NCBI GenBank assembly: GCA_050575255.1
Contig: JBNZDD010013505.1
Location: 786,972-850,971, forward strand
Length of the DNA: 64,000 nucleotides
Direction of reading: 5' to 3'
DNA from: Harriotta raleighana
Lineage: Eukaryota
Part shown: piece after piece, positions 37,129 to 49,597 of the stretch
How the letters are laid out: the number at the start of each line of letters is the position of its first letter
Position numbering within the stretch: position 1 is the first letter of the stretch
The notes under the pieces: generated by a model
Seen by the model: only the letters and a program-made list of their open reading frames with translations
The model's database searches: none
Told to the model about the DNA's origin: nothing
Made by a program: the position numbers and the translations under genes

Positions 37129-37984
37129 CATTTGCCTCATGTATTCAAAATATCTGCCATCCCCTTTCTAGTGCTAATTCTTGTTCAAAAAATAACTGAT
37201 TACTTAAGTTATTAAGAAATTAAATGATGGGACTATATCAAAAGGAAGCATTATTATTAAAGTATTTGTTACGAACCAGTGAGCTTGTTTCTAAATAAAT
37301 TGAAAATAAATTCAATGAACAGTCTTTAGTACATGTGAATCAACATGAGAGGAGTCTGCTTCATTGGATTTAAAATCACATGTAGGATAATAACCAACTA
37401 AGTAGATGAGAGAGATGTTGACAGAGCTGGCATAACACAGAGGTGATTATCTTATTAGCTGAATGGTGAAAAGTTATTCTTTTAATCTGCGGTGGAAGAA
37501 AGGAACCTCTCCAAATGTATCAGAAATGATTTCTGTGTTCAACCAATAGTCTTAAATATTGTGTAGCTTTGTCAAACTGTATTAAGGATCTGTTTTAAAA
37601 AAACAGAGCTTAAATGTCTGTCATTACACTGAGATAATTATACCTGTGGGAAAAAAGGCTAAAGAACGGTAAAGAAAACAATAGGGTTAGTTATTCCTTC
37701 TTTGTCATTACTCAAGGGAAATATTAAAGTAAAATGTAGTTCAACTTGAGCAGAAAAGAGTGTGTCAAGGAGCTGTGAATAGATTTTGAATGGAACTTTA
37801 CAGGAAAGAAAATGGGGGCAAATATGCGGAAAAATGTTCGGTGATAATTATTATGGGTAATAATTATTGCCTCAAGTACAGCATTTTTTCCTCTTGTGTT
37901 CAAAATATCTGCTATCCTATCCCCTTTTCTTGTGTAAAATATGATTAATTAAATTATTAACAACAATAAGTGTCAGGTCCAGAA

Positions 37985-39250
37985 TGCAAAATTCAACCAA
38001 TCGGAATATAGGAAGCGCAGGAGAGAACTAAAAAAGGAAGTTAGAGGGGCAAAAAGAATGCATGAGAAACAATTAGCGGGTAACATTAAAGGGAATCCTA
38101 AGGTATTTTAGAAACATATTAAGGGTAAAAGATTGGTCAAGGGTAGGGTGGGGCCAATAAGGGACCAAGGAGGAAATCTTATTGTGGAGGCAGAGGGCAT
38201 GGCTGATGTATTGAATGAGTACTTTGCCTCTGTCTTCACAAGAGAAGAAGATGCAGCCAATGTCACAGTATTGGAGGAGAGTGTAGTAGAAATGGATAAG
38301 ATAAGCATAACCAGAGAGGAAGTACTGAAAAGGTTGACGGTGCTCAAGGTAGATAAGTCACCTGATCTGGATGGAATGCATCCTAGGTTACTGAGGGAAG
38401 TATGGGAGCAAATAGCAGAGACTGGTCACAACACTACAGTGGTAGTGTTGGTCCACAACTGGTTGCGAGACAGAAAGCAGAGGGTTGTGGTGAGCTAGAT
38501 AGTTAAATTTTAAGGGGTGTGAAGGAGCAGAAAGACTTGGGGATTTGTGTTAGTGACTCTTTGAAAGTGGCAGGACAGGTAGACAAAACCGTTAAGAAGG
38601 CATATGGGATACTGGGTTTTATAAATGTGGGTATAGAATACAAAAGTCAGGAAGTGCTGATTGACCTCTATAAGACTTTGGTTAGGCCTCAGCTGGAGTA
38701 CTGTGTACAATTCTGGTCACCACACTTTAGGAAGGATATTAAGGCATTGGAAAGGGTGCAGAGGAGATTTACTAGGATGCTACCAGGAATGAGGGACTTC
38801 AGCTACAAGGAAAGGCTAGATAGGCTAGACTTATTTTCTCTAGAACAAAGAAGATTGAGAGGAGACCTAATAGAGGTTTATAAGATTATGAGAGGTTTCG
38901 ACAGGGTGAATAGGGAAAGACTGTTTCCACTGGTGGGCGAATCAGTGACTCGTGGTCACAGATTTAAAATAGCTTCAAAGCGAAGCAGAGGGGAGCTGAG
39001 GAGAAATGTTTTCAATCAGCGGGTTGTTCGAATCTGGAATGCACTGCCTGAAAAGGTGGTGGAGGCAGATTCCATAACAGCTTTTAAAAGGGAACTAGAT
39101 TTTTATTTAGGAAGAGCAGATCTGTTAGGTTATGGGGAGAAAGCTGGGCAGTGGGTTTGAGTTGCTCTATTCAAAGAGCCGGCGCAGACTAGATGGGCCG
39201 AATGGCCTCCCTTTGGGCCGTAAAATTCGATGATTCTATGATTCTATGAT
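37985..39250 (+). mobile_element. CR1 LINE with two internal deletions removing most of the RT core
   Basis: VLNEYFASVFT...DKSPDLDGMHPRLLRE, jump to WLRDRKQRVVV, jump to EQKDLG...[19 protein letters not shown]...IWNALP; (ATTCTATG)n tail. Confidence 0.93.
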
Positions 39251-39375
39251 AACAACGACAAAATTACATTTATAGAGCGCCTTTCATGTCGGAAGGATCC
39301 CAAGGCGCTGAACAGCCAAGGGTGTGGACTCGAGCAAGAGAGAGGGACAGCATAGGGAGCACAGGTGGGGGTAGG
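39251..39375 (-). mobile_element. L2 tail abutting the CR1 tail
   Basis: aacaacgacaaaattacatttatagagcgcctttcatgtcggaaggatcccaaggcgctgaacag. Confidence 0.8.
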
Positions 39376-39435
39376 TATTAAGAAAGTAAACAAGAATTCC
39401 ATAACCAATCACCATTTATTTTTAATTCTCAAATG

Positions 39436-39786
39436 CAGGGCCAGCACTACCTTTAGGCGAATTAGGCGGTCACCTAATTCACCCCAATTTTTGGGGTGCC
39501 GGCCCTGATTACAGAACACATATGCTTCGCCGCGTAGCGAAAATGCTATTGTCTGCTGGTGTATAGTGGCAGAGGCGTGAGAGTTAGCAATAAATTGACC
39601 GGAGAATGCTTAATACTTAAATAAAAAAGAAGTATGTTTCATAAATAAATCAATGTATAAATATTACCATTAATTTCATTGATAATTATATTAATTTTTT
39701 GTATTAACATTATCTTATCAAAAGTTACTAGGGGGTGCACATGTGAAGGCTCACCTAGGGCAACAAATACCCTTATGCCGTTCCTG
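39436..39786. mobile_element. hAT-type MITE, 351 bp
   Basis: Termini cagggccagcac / atgccgttcctg; 8-bp flanks ctcaaatg (39428-39435) and ctcaaata (39787-39794). Confidence 0.75.
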
Positions 39787-39827
39787 CTCAAATAGTTACT
39801 ATCTCAAATGGAAACACAAAGTTTAAC

Positions 39828-40142
39828 ATGACACTCCACTTCAGTGCTGGGTGGGGAGTAGTGTTGAATTACCAAGGTGCCATCCTCCAGATGAAATGTT
39901 AAACTGAGGTCCTGTCTTCTTGTTGAGATGGACATTAACGATCTCATGGCATATTCAATAAGAGAAAGTAGCTTCTCTCAGTGTTCTAGCGAAACATCCT
40001 CCAAATAAAATTGGTCATTCAATCCATGGCTGTTTGTGTGAGATTACACAGTCAAACCCACTTCACAGTATAACCTGTGAAGTGCTTTGAGATGTCTCGA
40101 CAACGTGATAAGCCACTATATCAAATGCAAGGGTTATTATTG
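39828..40142 (+). mobile_element. Old DeuSINE (SacSINE1/AmnSINE1-type)
   Basis: gatgaaatgttaaactgaggtcctgtc...gatctcatggca...ctatatcaaatgcaagggttattatt. Confidence 0.8.
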
Positions 40143-40377
40143 TTTGTGACATTTTTGATTAACTAGATTACATTGAGTCTGGCGGTGAAAGGTTCCATAC
40201 GTAGCGGCAACATTTTCAAAGCGACCCAGGTTAATGATTCTTAATCCCACTATTTTTGATGCTCACTCTCGTTGCTAGGTTTTTTATATTTCAATATGTG
40301 TGGACGATCTCATCATGCTGCCCTGCATTGTACCATTTGATCAACTCTTGGAAGATAAGTGAGTTGGGGATGTATGA

Positions 40378-40560
40378 ATAATAATAATAAACCTTGCATT
40401 TGATATAGCACCTTATGACATTTCTGAGACATCTCAAAGTGCTTCACAGAATATACTGTAAAGTAAATTGATTGCATAGTTTGTAGGCACAACGTGGCAG
40501 CCAATTGCACACAGCAGTGACCCACAAACAGTTGTGGATTGAAGTGACCAATTTATTATA
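40378..40560 (-). mobile_element. Young SINE 3' portion
   Basis: (AAT)n tail and Deu segment ggcagccaattgcacacagcag. Confidence 0.85.
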
Positions 40561-41962
40561 CTGTATGTATATTTTTTATAAAGGATATAGTCAAGCTCTG
40601 ATTTATTTTTGCTGGGAAAGTGATAAAGTTTAACAATTCTGGGATGACGTTATTAAACAGAATGTCTTAATCTTCGATAGTGATCCATGAAATCTGCTGG
40701 TCATTACTTTCGGAGTCCTTTCCTTGATATAAGGGGCTCTACAACTAAACATTTTATTATGGTCTTAAGGTATCTGAACAGAATATATTGCACTGCACAT
40801 ATGAGACTTTCCAAAAGTTGTGGGCCAGTAATTCAGTTTTATTCCCAGTTCACTATTGAACCACTTCAAAGTCAAAGCGGAACTCTGTTGTTGGTGCCAG
40901 AGATGGTGAAGCACAGATAGGACAGCGGAAGTGAATGTTCCACAGTTTTGGAGATGTAGAATTAAATTACATAAATCCAATAAAAAAAAACATCTCTTTG
41001 TGCAAAGTATTGGAAAAGGAAATGATCGTAAACATAGAAAATATTAAAGTACAGTGAACATGTCTAATTCAGAAAAAAATCATAAGCTCTCTGAATGATT
41101 AGGATTTTTAAATATATTTATTGCCCTTGTTAATGATGTTGAATAAACATTAGGGGCTGGTTGTGGCATCGTTCATCGTTCAATAAATTTCACAACACAA
41201 AATGTGCAGCGATCGAATAACTAAAATATTGATGCTTCAGTATATTTCATTTTAAAAAGATTGAGAAATCTAGCTCCGTGCTTCCAACCCTTTCTCCTGA
41301 TTCACTGATGTTCTGATCTCTTCCCACTAGACATCAGGTCCTGGAATAGCCACAACTGCTTCCGCTCAACATGGAGAAAAAAATAGAAGCTGCCCTACAA
41401 GACTCCCAGCAATGTCTCCTTATGTGTGGCTGATTAGCTCATCCACCCTGGCTGTTCTCACCATCTCATTTAGCCTGTACACTCTCAGAGTATGTAATGT
41501 AATTTTGTTGTTGTTCTTGTTTCTACAAGTTCCAGCTCATTCAAAATGTGCCACATTATTTTGCAGTACCTCCTTTCCACTTGGCTAGCTCTGACTTGTT
41601 AAGTGTCGCTCAACCTCTCTATCCTACTATCATTGACCAAGCCTTCAGTCAATTTGCCCCTGTCCTCCAGAATTTCCTCTCAAAATCTTATTACCTCACC
41701 CCATCTCTAGCTATCATACTTCCTGAAAACCTATTGCTTAGACCATGTTGTACTCACTTCCTTCCTTTTCCTCTTTTCCCACTCTGCTCGGTGTTTGGCA
41801 ATGTGTTGTGAAGTACTTACAAAACTTTATTGTGTTGAATACTATTATATAATTCCAAATTGTGGTTGGTAAATATATCTTGAAATACTACAAATTAAAA
41901 TGCATATTATCAAATACATAAAAAGATATAATTCTTTGGAGACAATGCCAAGATAAAATCTA

Positions 41963-42255
41963 TTCTGTAGTTCAGTGGTTAGAGCACTCGCCCTACAAGC
42001 GAGAGATCTGGGTTCAATTACAGGCAGGATGAAACCTTGGGTAAATTTCTTCACTCCACACACCTCATAATAATCCCTCAAAAAAAATTGGTTATTTCAA
42101 TCCACAACTATTTGTGGGTCACTGCTGTGTGGTGTTGGTTGCCACGATTCGCCCTCATATATCAAGTCAATTCACTTTACAAGTATATCATGTATAGCAC
42201 TTTGAGATGTCTAGATGATGCGAAAAGCGCTACATCAAATGCAAAGATTATTATT
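41963..42255 (+). mobile_element. Young SINE, short form
   Basis: tagttcagtggttagagcactcgcc...ggttcaattac...Deu segment...gattattatt. Confidence 0.88.
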
Positions 42256-42530
42256 TTTATTCTCTCATATATTGCCATTGAAAGCACGTGCCTCTTGTCC
42301 CTTCATCAGATGAGCTAATTCCATTAAAATTGTGTAAAGATACTTGTTATTCCTATATACAAAATATTTCAAATAAAGCAGACAGAATATTTGGAGTCAT
42401 TCTTCAAAGATTAGAATAACTCGGTTATTATTAGCTCTTAGTCGGAAGGTTATGCATTGAAGCTTCACATTGGGAACTGACATTCCAGAACAGTACTATG
42501 GGAGCACCGCACTGTATTGTCTGAAGTGTT

Positions 42531-42790
42531 ATCAATCAATCAAAATTACATTTATACAGCGCTTTCACGCCGGGAGACATCCCAAGGCACTGAACAGTCA
42601 GGTAGGGACCAGAACAGGGGGGCAGAGGTCGGGTTAGGGGAAAGGAGAGTAGGAAAATTGACTGTACATTTGTGGGCAAAACTGTATATTGAAAATTGAC
42701 TGTATATTTGTGGCAGCCAAATTGCACACAACAATGTCCCACAAACAGCCGCGGAAGTGGGGCCAGGGGAGAAAGGCGGAAAAGAGGGTT
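42531..42790 (-). mobile_element. Chimeric L2-3'UTR/Deu element (copy B), inserted in an old DeuSINE
   Basis: atcaatcaatcaaaattacatttatacagcgctttcacgccgggagacatcccaaggc...gactgtatatttgtggcagccaaattgcacac...gcggaagtggggc. Confidence 0.8.
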
Positions 42791-43013
42791 ATTTCTTTCA
42801 AGGAAATGTTAAACCAATGTCCTTTTTACTCCTGGGCTTCTCATCAACAATTCTTCATCTAAATTGATCATTCCCTTTATTGACTTTTTATGGGATATTA
42901 TGGGACATTTCGAGATGTTTTAGATGCTGTATTAAATGCAAATATTATTATTGTTTGTATTAACTTTACCAATCATTCAGGTGTGCATGTGTTAGTCAAA
43001 CCCTTAACTCATC

Positions 43014-43091
43014 TGTCCAGCGCCTTGGGACGTCCTCCTGACGTGAAACGCGCTCTATAAATGTAATTTTGTTGTTGTTGNTGTTGTTGTT
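43014..43091 (+). mobile_element. Tail-only L2 insertion
   Basis: cagcgccttgggacgtcctcctgacgtgaaacgcgctctataaatgtaattttgttgttgttg, matching the 3' end of the L2 at 24071. Confidence 0.9.
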
Positions 43092-43509
43092 AACTGTTTT
43101 ACCGCTAAATATCGGTGCTTGGTCAAATGATCTGATCNAAAATAATAGCAGGAGATGGTGAACGAGCTGGTACAGGGATTATGTTTTTTGCACTGTGCTG
43201 TCATCTATCGGAGTAGATTATAAATCTAAAAGTGTGAATGATAATCAAAAGAAGAACTGCTTTGTGCTGCAGTTGAAACAGATAAAAAAAATGTTCATAC
43301 TTTATTGCCATAGTTAAACCTGTTTCCTGTTTCATTTGGAAATGTGCTAAATTTAAAGCAGGAAAACTCAAGATTATTTCAACAGTCTTTGAATGTACTT
43401 CAGATGTGGTTATGATGAGGCATCCAGCAGAGCATACTGGAATCATAAAATGTTTATAGCAAAGAAGTGGATCATTTGACCTTTGCTGGTGATGGCTCCC
43501 CCACTAGAG

Positions 43510-43700
43510 CAGAGCATTGTCAAAGGTGCATCATCAGATGAGATGTTAAACTGGAGTTGTGTCTGTCTGTTCAGGTGGACATGAAAGCTCTATTGGCACT
43601 ATTCAAAAAGAGAAGGGAGCTTCTTCCAGTGTCAGGGGCAACAATTCCCCAAATAAAATTGGTTGTCCAATTCACTTTGTAGCTGTTTTGGAGGCTTTTC
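43510..43700 (+). mobile_element. Old DeuSINE
   Basis: cagatgagatgttaaactggag...ttcaggtggacatgaaagctctattggcactattc. Confidence 0.7.
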
Positions 43701-44261
43701 TGGAGACACCTAGAAATGAGTCACAAAATAGAAATAAATGGGCAAATACTGTACTAGGATTGTTGTTATTATTAGTGCTACAGAAACTAATCTAATTCCA
43801 TGATAATAGCATTTAACAGATTAAATGATCAACAATACAGTGTATATAATCTTGACCTTTATATTTGTGAATCTTGCCTATCCACATACTCATTCTATCC
43901 CATGGACATATGCATAAATTGGCCAAGCTTTACAAGCGCTCTGGGAGCCACACAAAGGGCATGACATAAATATAAATTGCTGTTGGTTGGGGAAAATTTA
44001 GAAGATGAGAGTTTTGCAGGAAATCATTTGAACCATTTAGAAAACTGCTATGAGATTATTCAAGAAATTTGGGGAAAATTAGTGCATTTTGACTGGTCTG
44101 ACTGACAGGCAATCTTGGACTGTAAAACCATTTTGTCTTAAAATGTAAGGTCACACCGAATTTTGAAAAATCTTTAAATTCAGCCTTGATCTGGAAACTA
44201 TTTTTTCTGCACTTCTTAAAAAAATGGCTTCCAGATTTAACCTACATTTGTTCCATTAAGA

Positions 44262-44410
44262 CACCCACATATATACAGTCAATTTCTTCCTACTTTCCTT
44301 CCCCTGACCCCTCCCCACCACCGCGCTGATCTCTACTTGACTGTAAAGTGCCTTAGGACGTCCTCCTGACTTGAAAGGCGCTATAAAACTGTAATTTTTT
44401 ATTGATTTTG
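44262..44410 (+). mobile_element. Chimeric L2-3'UTR/Deu element (copy C, 5'-truncated)
   Basis: cacccacatatatacagtcaatttcttcctactttccttcccc...ctacttgactgtaaagtgccttaggacgtcctcctgac...attgatt. Confidence 0.75.
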
Positions 44411-44989
44411 ATAGAGATTCAACTGGACAAAAAAACAAGACCTCAATCAGAATTAACTTGTATTAATTGAAAATAATTGCCTTCACTGGAGGAGGAAAGC
44501 TACGTGACCTATGCAAATGACTTGTTTTCCAATCACACAAATGCAGAAAGAGCAGGAAGAGGCATTGAGTTCAGACTCCCATATTTTTTATGTTGCACTA
44601 AAAGTGCTGCCTCTGAAATTTACAACACTTAAAGATTTGTTCCCAGGCACAATAAACTGCAAAGGACAGCAGTTGAAGTGGTCAAAGAGTCAACAACATT
44701 TCTAAAGCAGCAAGAACATCTGAACGCTGCAATATAAATCACTCAAAATTTATGTTATAGAGAGACTGAAAATGCATTTCAACTAAATATGTCAAAGGGA
44801 AAAGGAATTAACGTATGGCCCAAATCTTGAACCTTGATGAGGAATTACATGTTCATTGGCAAATTTTGGTAAGTTAATTTTGATAATGAAACCTTCTTTT
44901 ATTCTTTATATCCAACAATCTAATTTATTATGTATTTGTAGTAAGATATAGTATAAGTCCTTTAATTTGTACAGTAGTAACATGTCAAA

Positions 44990-45415
44990 TGGTTCTAGAT
45001 CCAAGCCCCACATCAGGACTTTGAAGCTATTGGTCCAGGCTGACATTCCAATGCAGTCAATGAATCATTAAACAGCTCCGGTTCAGGTGAATGTTAAAGA
45101 TATCATCGCACTATTTGAAAAAATAAAGTAGCTTCTACCAGTGTCCTGGNCAAGCCCCACATCAGGACTTTGAAGCTATTGGTCCAAGCTGACATTCCAA
45201 TGCAGTCAATGAATCATTAAACAGCTCCGGTTCAGGTGAATGTTAAACATATCATCGCACTATTTGAAAAAATAAAGTAGCTTCTACCAGTGTCCTGGCC
45301 AACAATGCTCCACATAAAATTGATCATTCGCTTGTTGGCTGTTTGTGGGATCTTTCTGTGTGCAAATTGGCTGCTAGTTGACCTAGACAGTTACAGTCAT
45401 TGTACTTCACAGTTT
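44990..45415 (+). mobile_element. Old DeuSINE (contains an assembly duplication around N at 45150)
   Basis: ggctgacattccaatgcag...caggtgaatgttaaagatatc...tgtgggatctttctgtgtgcaaattggctgc. Confidence 0.75.
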
Positions 45416-46254
45416 TTATCCCCTGTAGTGGGATTTTTCCAGTAGAAGCACACACTGCTAAGGTTGACAAATTTACTGACAAGTGAAGAATAATGTACAA
45501 CTACTGATAGAGCTGCTAAATTTACTACATCTCAAGATGTAGTAAAATACATTAAACATTAAATAAAATGTAATATGCCTGCAGTAAGTCTACATTGATT
45601 TACCGTATCTTACAATTGATCTTTGTGGTATTATTACTATTTATAGATTTCTACTGAAACTTATCTTGAAGTAGAATTAACTCAACAGTATAAATCTTCC
45701 AATCAGACCAACAATATAATGTTGAGGTAAATGAGTGGGAACTTATTAATTGCTTGTTAAATCTTATTTAAAACAGCAGCACACTCGAGAAGTTTAACTT
45801 CCAGTGAGTGTACTACACAAGCAAAAATCTTGCACCCATCAATCAAGTTATTTCCCAAACCTGTTGCCAAATTAGGTATTAGAGATTTATTTGACATGTT
45901 TTCATTTGGACTTGTGAACATTTTTGGTTGCCACCTTTTGGCAGTTGAATGGTGTATTGTAGATTTTACAATATTTTTTCAGCTTTCATATCAAAACAAA
46001 TGATGATAGGCCTATCTTATACAGACCAGTGGAATGAGAGTGCTTCTTGTGAAAATTCTTATGTATTGCTTTAAGCCTGCTTTGATACTGTTAAAACATT
46101 GAATGCAAAATATGATGTTTAACGGATTAAGCAATGTGTTATCAAATCTATGGAATAATCTACCAAATTGGTGGTGGACAAACAAAACACATAAAGAGTT
46201 TCAAAAAGGAACTAGGCAGGTTCTCATTAACAGGAACATTCAAATCACTTTGAG

Positions 46255-46502
46255 GCCGTTACACACCCTTACACTGGAAACTCCTGCAACCTTACTGACC
46301 CAGCAGCTTCCTTCACTCAGCAAACACTAACCTGCTTCATGTCCGCCCCGCACACCCTAATTATCTCATTATCAACGGGCTAGCTTTCAGGCATTCTGTT
46401 TCTGTTCTCCGTGGAAATCCATCCTAACTCACCCCCTCCCTTCCCACTTTCAAAATCCTTCTCAAGACTTATCTATTTGACCATGCTTTCTGTCACTTCC
46501 CC
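46255..46502 (+). mobile_element. Old L2 fragment
   Basis: ttcaaaatccttctcaagacttatctatttgaccatgctttc (FKILLKTYLFDHAF). Confidence 0.6.
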
Positions 46503-47351
46503 CACATATCCCACTATATACAGGTACATTATATATAAAACATAATTATTACCTAATGTGGTAAGATATATATAACTTCTAATATTGCTCTACAATATAA
46601 TTGATCTAGGTAGGTTACCTATGGTTGTCATATTTTTTCTATTATTTTTATTATTATTCTCATTTACACTCAGAGTAAAATCCAAAATGCTTTTCTGACT
46701 ATTTTAGTCACAGCAAATTATTGCAGCTGGTGAAAGTTAGAATTGTTACTGCGGCTATCATTATGAGGAACAATATCAAAACTTAGATAAGTTTCCCTTT
46801 TGTAGTGAGATTGTTAGATCTTTTATAACAGATAATAACAACAATCTCAAACCACTTTTAATGCCTCTAGTAAAAATGTCTCATATTGGGGTAATTAAAC
46901 ATAATGGGAGAAGACAAGCTCAAACAAATTCAAAGGAACCATGTAGATTTCTAGAAGACCTCTTTTCGACCACAAATCTGTCTTTACAACTGAATACTTA
47001 TTATGTTAGAGTATCGACATTGCAGGAACGTTGAATATGCCATTTCAAAAACAACTTTGAAGTAATTATTCTTTGATTATATTAGTCATCCCATACCGTA
47101 AACTGCCACCCTGTAAAACAAGAGCTTTCACATTGCTCTAAAAAGCGGATGTTTTATGATGCAAACAGCAAAAATTGGTAAAACTATTAAACTTTTCAGA
47201 GATCTGAGAGTTTATTGATAATGTGGCATCTTAGTCTATAAAGATAATGAGTTCTAAAGGACAGAGTTTCCTTTGGTAGTTCAGAGATATGGATATTGGC
47301 CCAGCCCCACAAGTGTATCCTCCTTTTTGAAGTCAAATTTAAGCAGAGGTT

Positions 47352-47509
47352 AGAACATAAGAATAAGGAGCAGGAGTAGGCCATTTGGCCCCTCGAGCCT
47401 GCCCCGCCGTTCAATAAAATCAAGGCTGATCTTCTAATCTAACTCCGCCTGCCCGCCTTATCCCCATATCCTTTAATCCCTTTATGCATAAGAAATCTAT
47501 CAATTTCAG
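47352..47509 (-). mobile_element. CR1 3' end from a second family ((TTCTTATG)-type tail)
   Basis: agaacataagaataaggagcaggagtaggccatttggcccctcgagcctgccccgccgttcaataaaatcaaggctgatc. Confidence 0.8.
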
Positions 47510-49597
47510 GTTGTTGGGGATTGTATCGCAGGCAAGAGCAGAGCTTTTGGATGGAGCCAGTGATACGTATCTTTGACTTGTTTTTAAATAAAACTACTTC
47601 ACAGTCGCATCAGTGAACTTAGGAACCTGGACACAGTCTTCTGAACATAGTTTATCTGTACAACAAAAGATGATTGTTTTATACAAGACAGATAGAAATA
47701 GATCATTTTCAGGTAAAGAATTTTCAGTTATCATTGCCAAAGCCTGAAGATATCTTGGATTTTTTTTCCCATGTAGATGCACAAAATAAATGAAAGTTAA
47801 ATTTTTTGGGGAAGCTTTAAGCTGCAACAATATGGACAGATTGGAGAATTTTTTTGGCGGGTGGGGGATCAGTTGAGTGGCTGACATATGCGGAAGGAAA
47901 GCCTATTATCATGTTTAAGAGTATCCAAAACCAAAACGAAAGTTCCATGCCTCCCACGAACACATGTTTACATTTGGAAAGGAATGAGCACTCTCTCAAT
48001 GGAGGAACACACCCTGCTTACCTAATTGCAAACAGTATTAAGCACAGGTGTGCAAGCTGCAACACATTTAACCATTGGTCAACGTGCGCTTGGAAATTCA
48101 GACATTTGAGGCTCAAACATTTCTCTAGGACCAAATTTGTAAGATACATTTTGTACAATTCTTTTCAACTAATTGTTACATTCAGGCTGAATACTGTATA
48201 CGTTTTTCAATGTTCTGCATAGTCTTACCATTTTAAGAACATGTCTTAAGCCATTGAGAGATTTGGGGTCTCTGATTTGTTTACTAAGTCATTTAGAGTT
48301 ATACTTCAACATATTTTTAAAATGCAGTGTTCTGAGAATCTGGAGTTTCTCACTGTACTCCAAAGCTGCTCCTATTTGAGAAAATAAAAGATCATATGAT
48401 ATTCAAAAATTCTAGTGTACAGTATTTGTAAATGTTTCTAGTTGGACAGATCATTTGCTTAAGATAGCACAAAGAGCTCACGAGGCACACATGAATATCA
48501 CACAATCCAGATTGCTTGTGTGATTCTGTGGTCTTTTGGAACAAAGAAAAAGTTCAGTTGCTTTTATTATTGTGAATTTCAGTTGCAAATAACTCTTGAG
48601 TGTTTCAATAATTAGACCCACTCATAATTCCCTTGAAACACGCTCAATGTATCTCATTACAGTTTTTGACTTTTCATCAGAACCTTGAGAATAAATCATA
48701 TTTGCTGGTAGGAAATGAATTGCACTGACATAGGGAAACATGACCTTCGGAATAAACCACACACTGGCTACTGAGCCCATTATTAATCCCTTATAAATAC
48801 CCCCGTTAAAGTACCATGGGATAGGCTGTTCGAGTAAAAGAAAATTGCTTTGCCACTCATTGTGTCAAATGAAATTTATCTTTGTTAACAGTAAAGATTC
48901 AGACATAGTATCATGTGTCACTGTGGACTGTGTTAGTGAAATGTCAGGGTAGTTGGTATGAATAATGCCCTAGGTTTGTCCTTGTAAATTTTGCAAAATG
49001 CCTTGAATGTTATTGATTATGCAAAATGAAAAGTCATTCAAATGAATAAAAGGATGAGCATTTTGCGTGTGTACAAAACCATCTGCTGATGCACAATTAA
49101 GTCATATAGATTGAAACAGGAGCTGATGCTGAGAAAAATCATTAGTGGGTTTCACTACTTAATGTCTCATCTGAGAGAGATATTCTACAGTCTGACAACA
49201 CGTTGGGCCTGTGACAGACAGAGTGTTGACAGTTTTGTGCTTGTTATTTTAAAATCTGACAGGATGATCAATTGATGACGATAAAGTACTTAGTAAGAGT
49301 TTGATGTGTTTTAGCTTGAAATGGACTGGCAAACCTGCCTACCTTGGCTACAGATGGCAAGACTCTTCTTTCCCTCGTTCTTTAGGAATAAACATACAGT
49401 TTGCTTCAAGGTACTGTATAAACACATCTGAACTTTCCATATAAAATATGAAACATTGTCTCATTCTGCTGAGCAATGGCGTGCATTTTAGGCAAAATAG
49501 ATCCAGTCTAAATGTATTTACTTTACCCCATAAACTGAATTTGAATAATCGGGTTGCTTCCTACAGTATCATTGCTACCAGTGTATATCGGTGTTTT

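Noticed and set aside
38519-39160. 213-aa ORF as a host gene
   Set aside because: It is the CR1 ORF2 C-terminus, followed directly by the CR1 3'UTR and tail, with no evidence of domestication.
45002-45298. 148-bp tandem duplication
   Set aside because: The copies flank a single N (45150) and differ at two bases; likely an assembly artefact.
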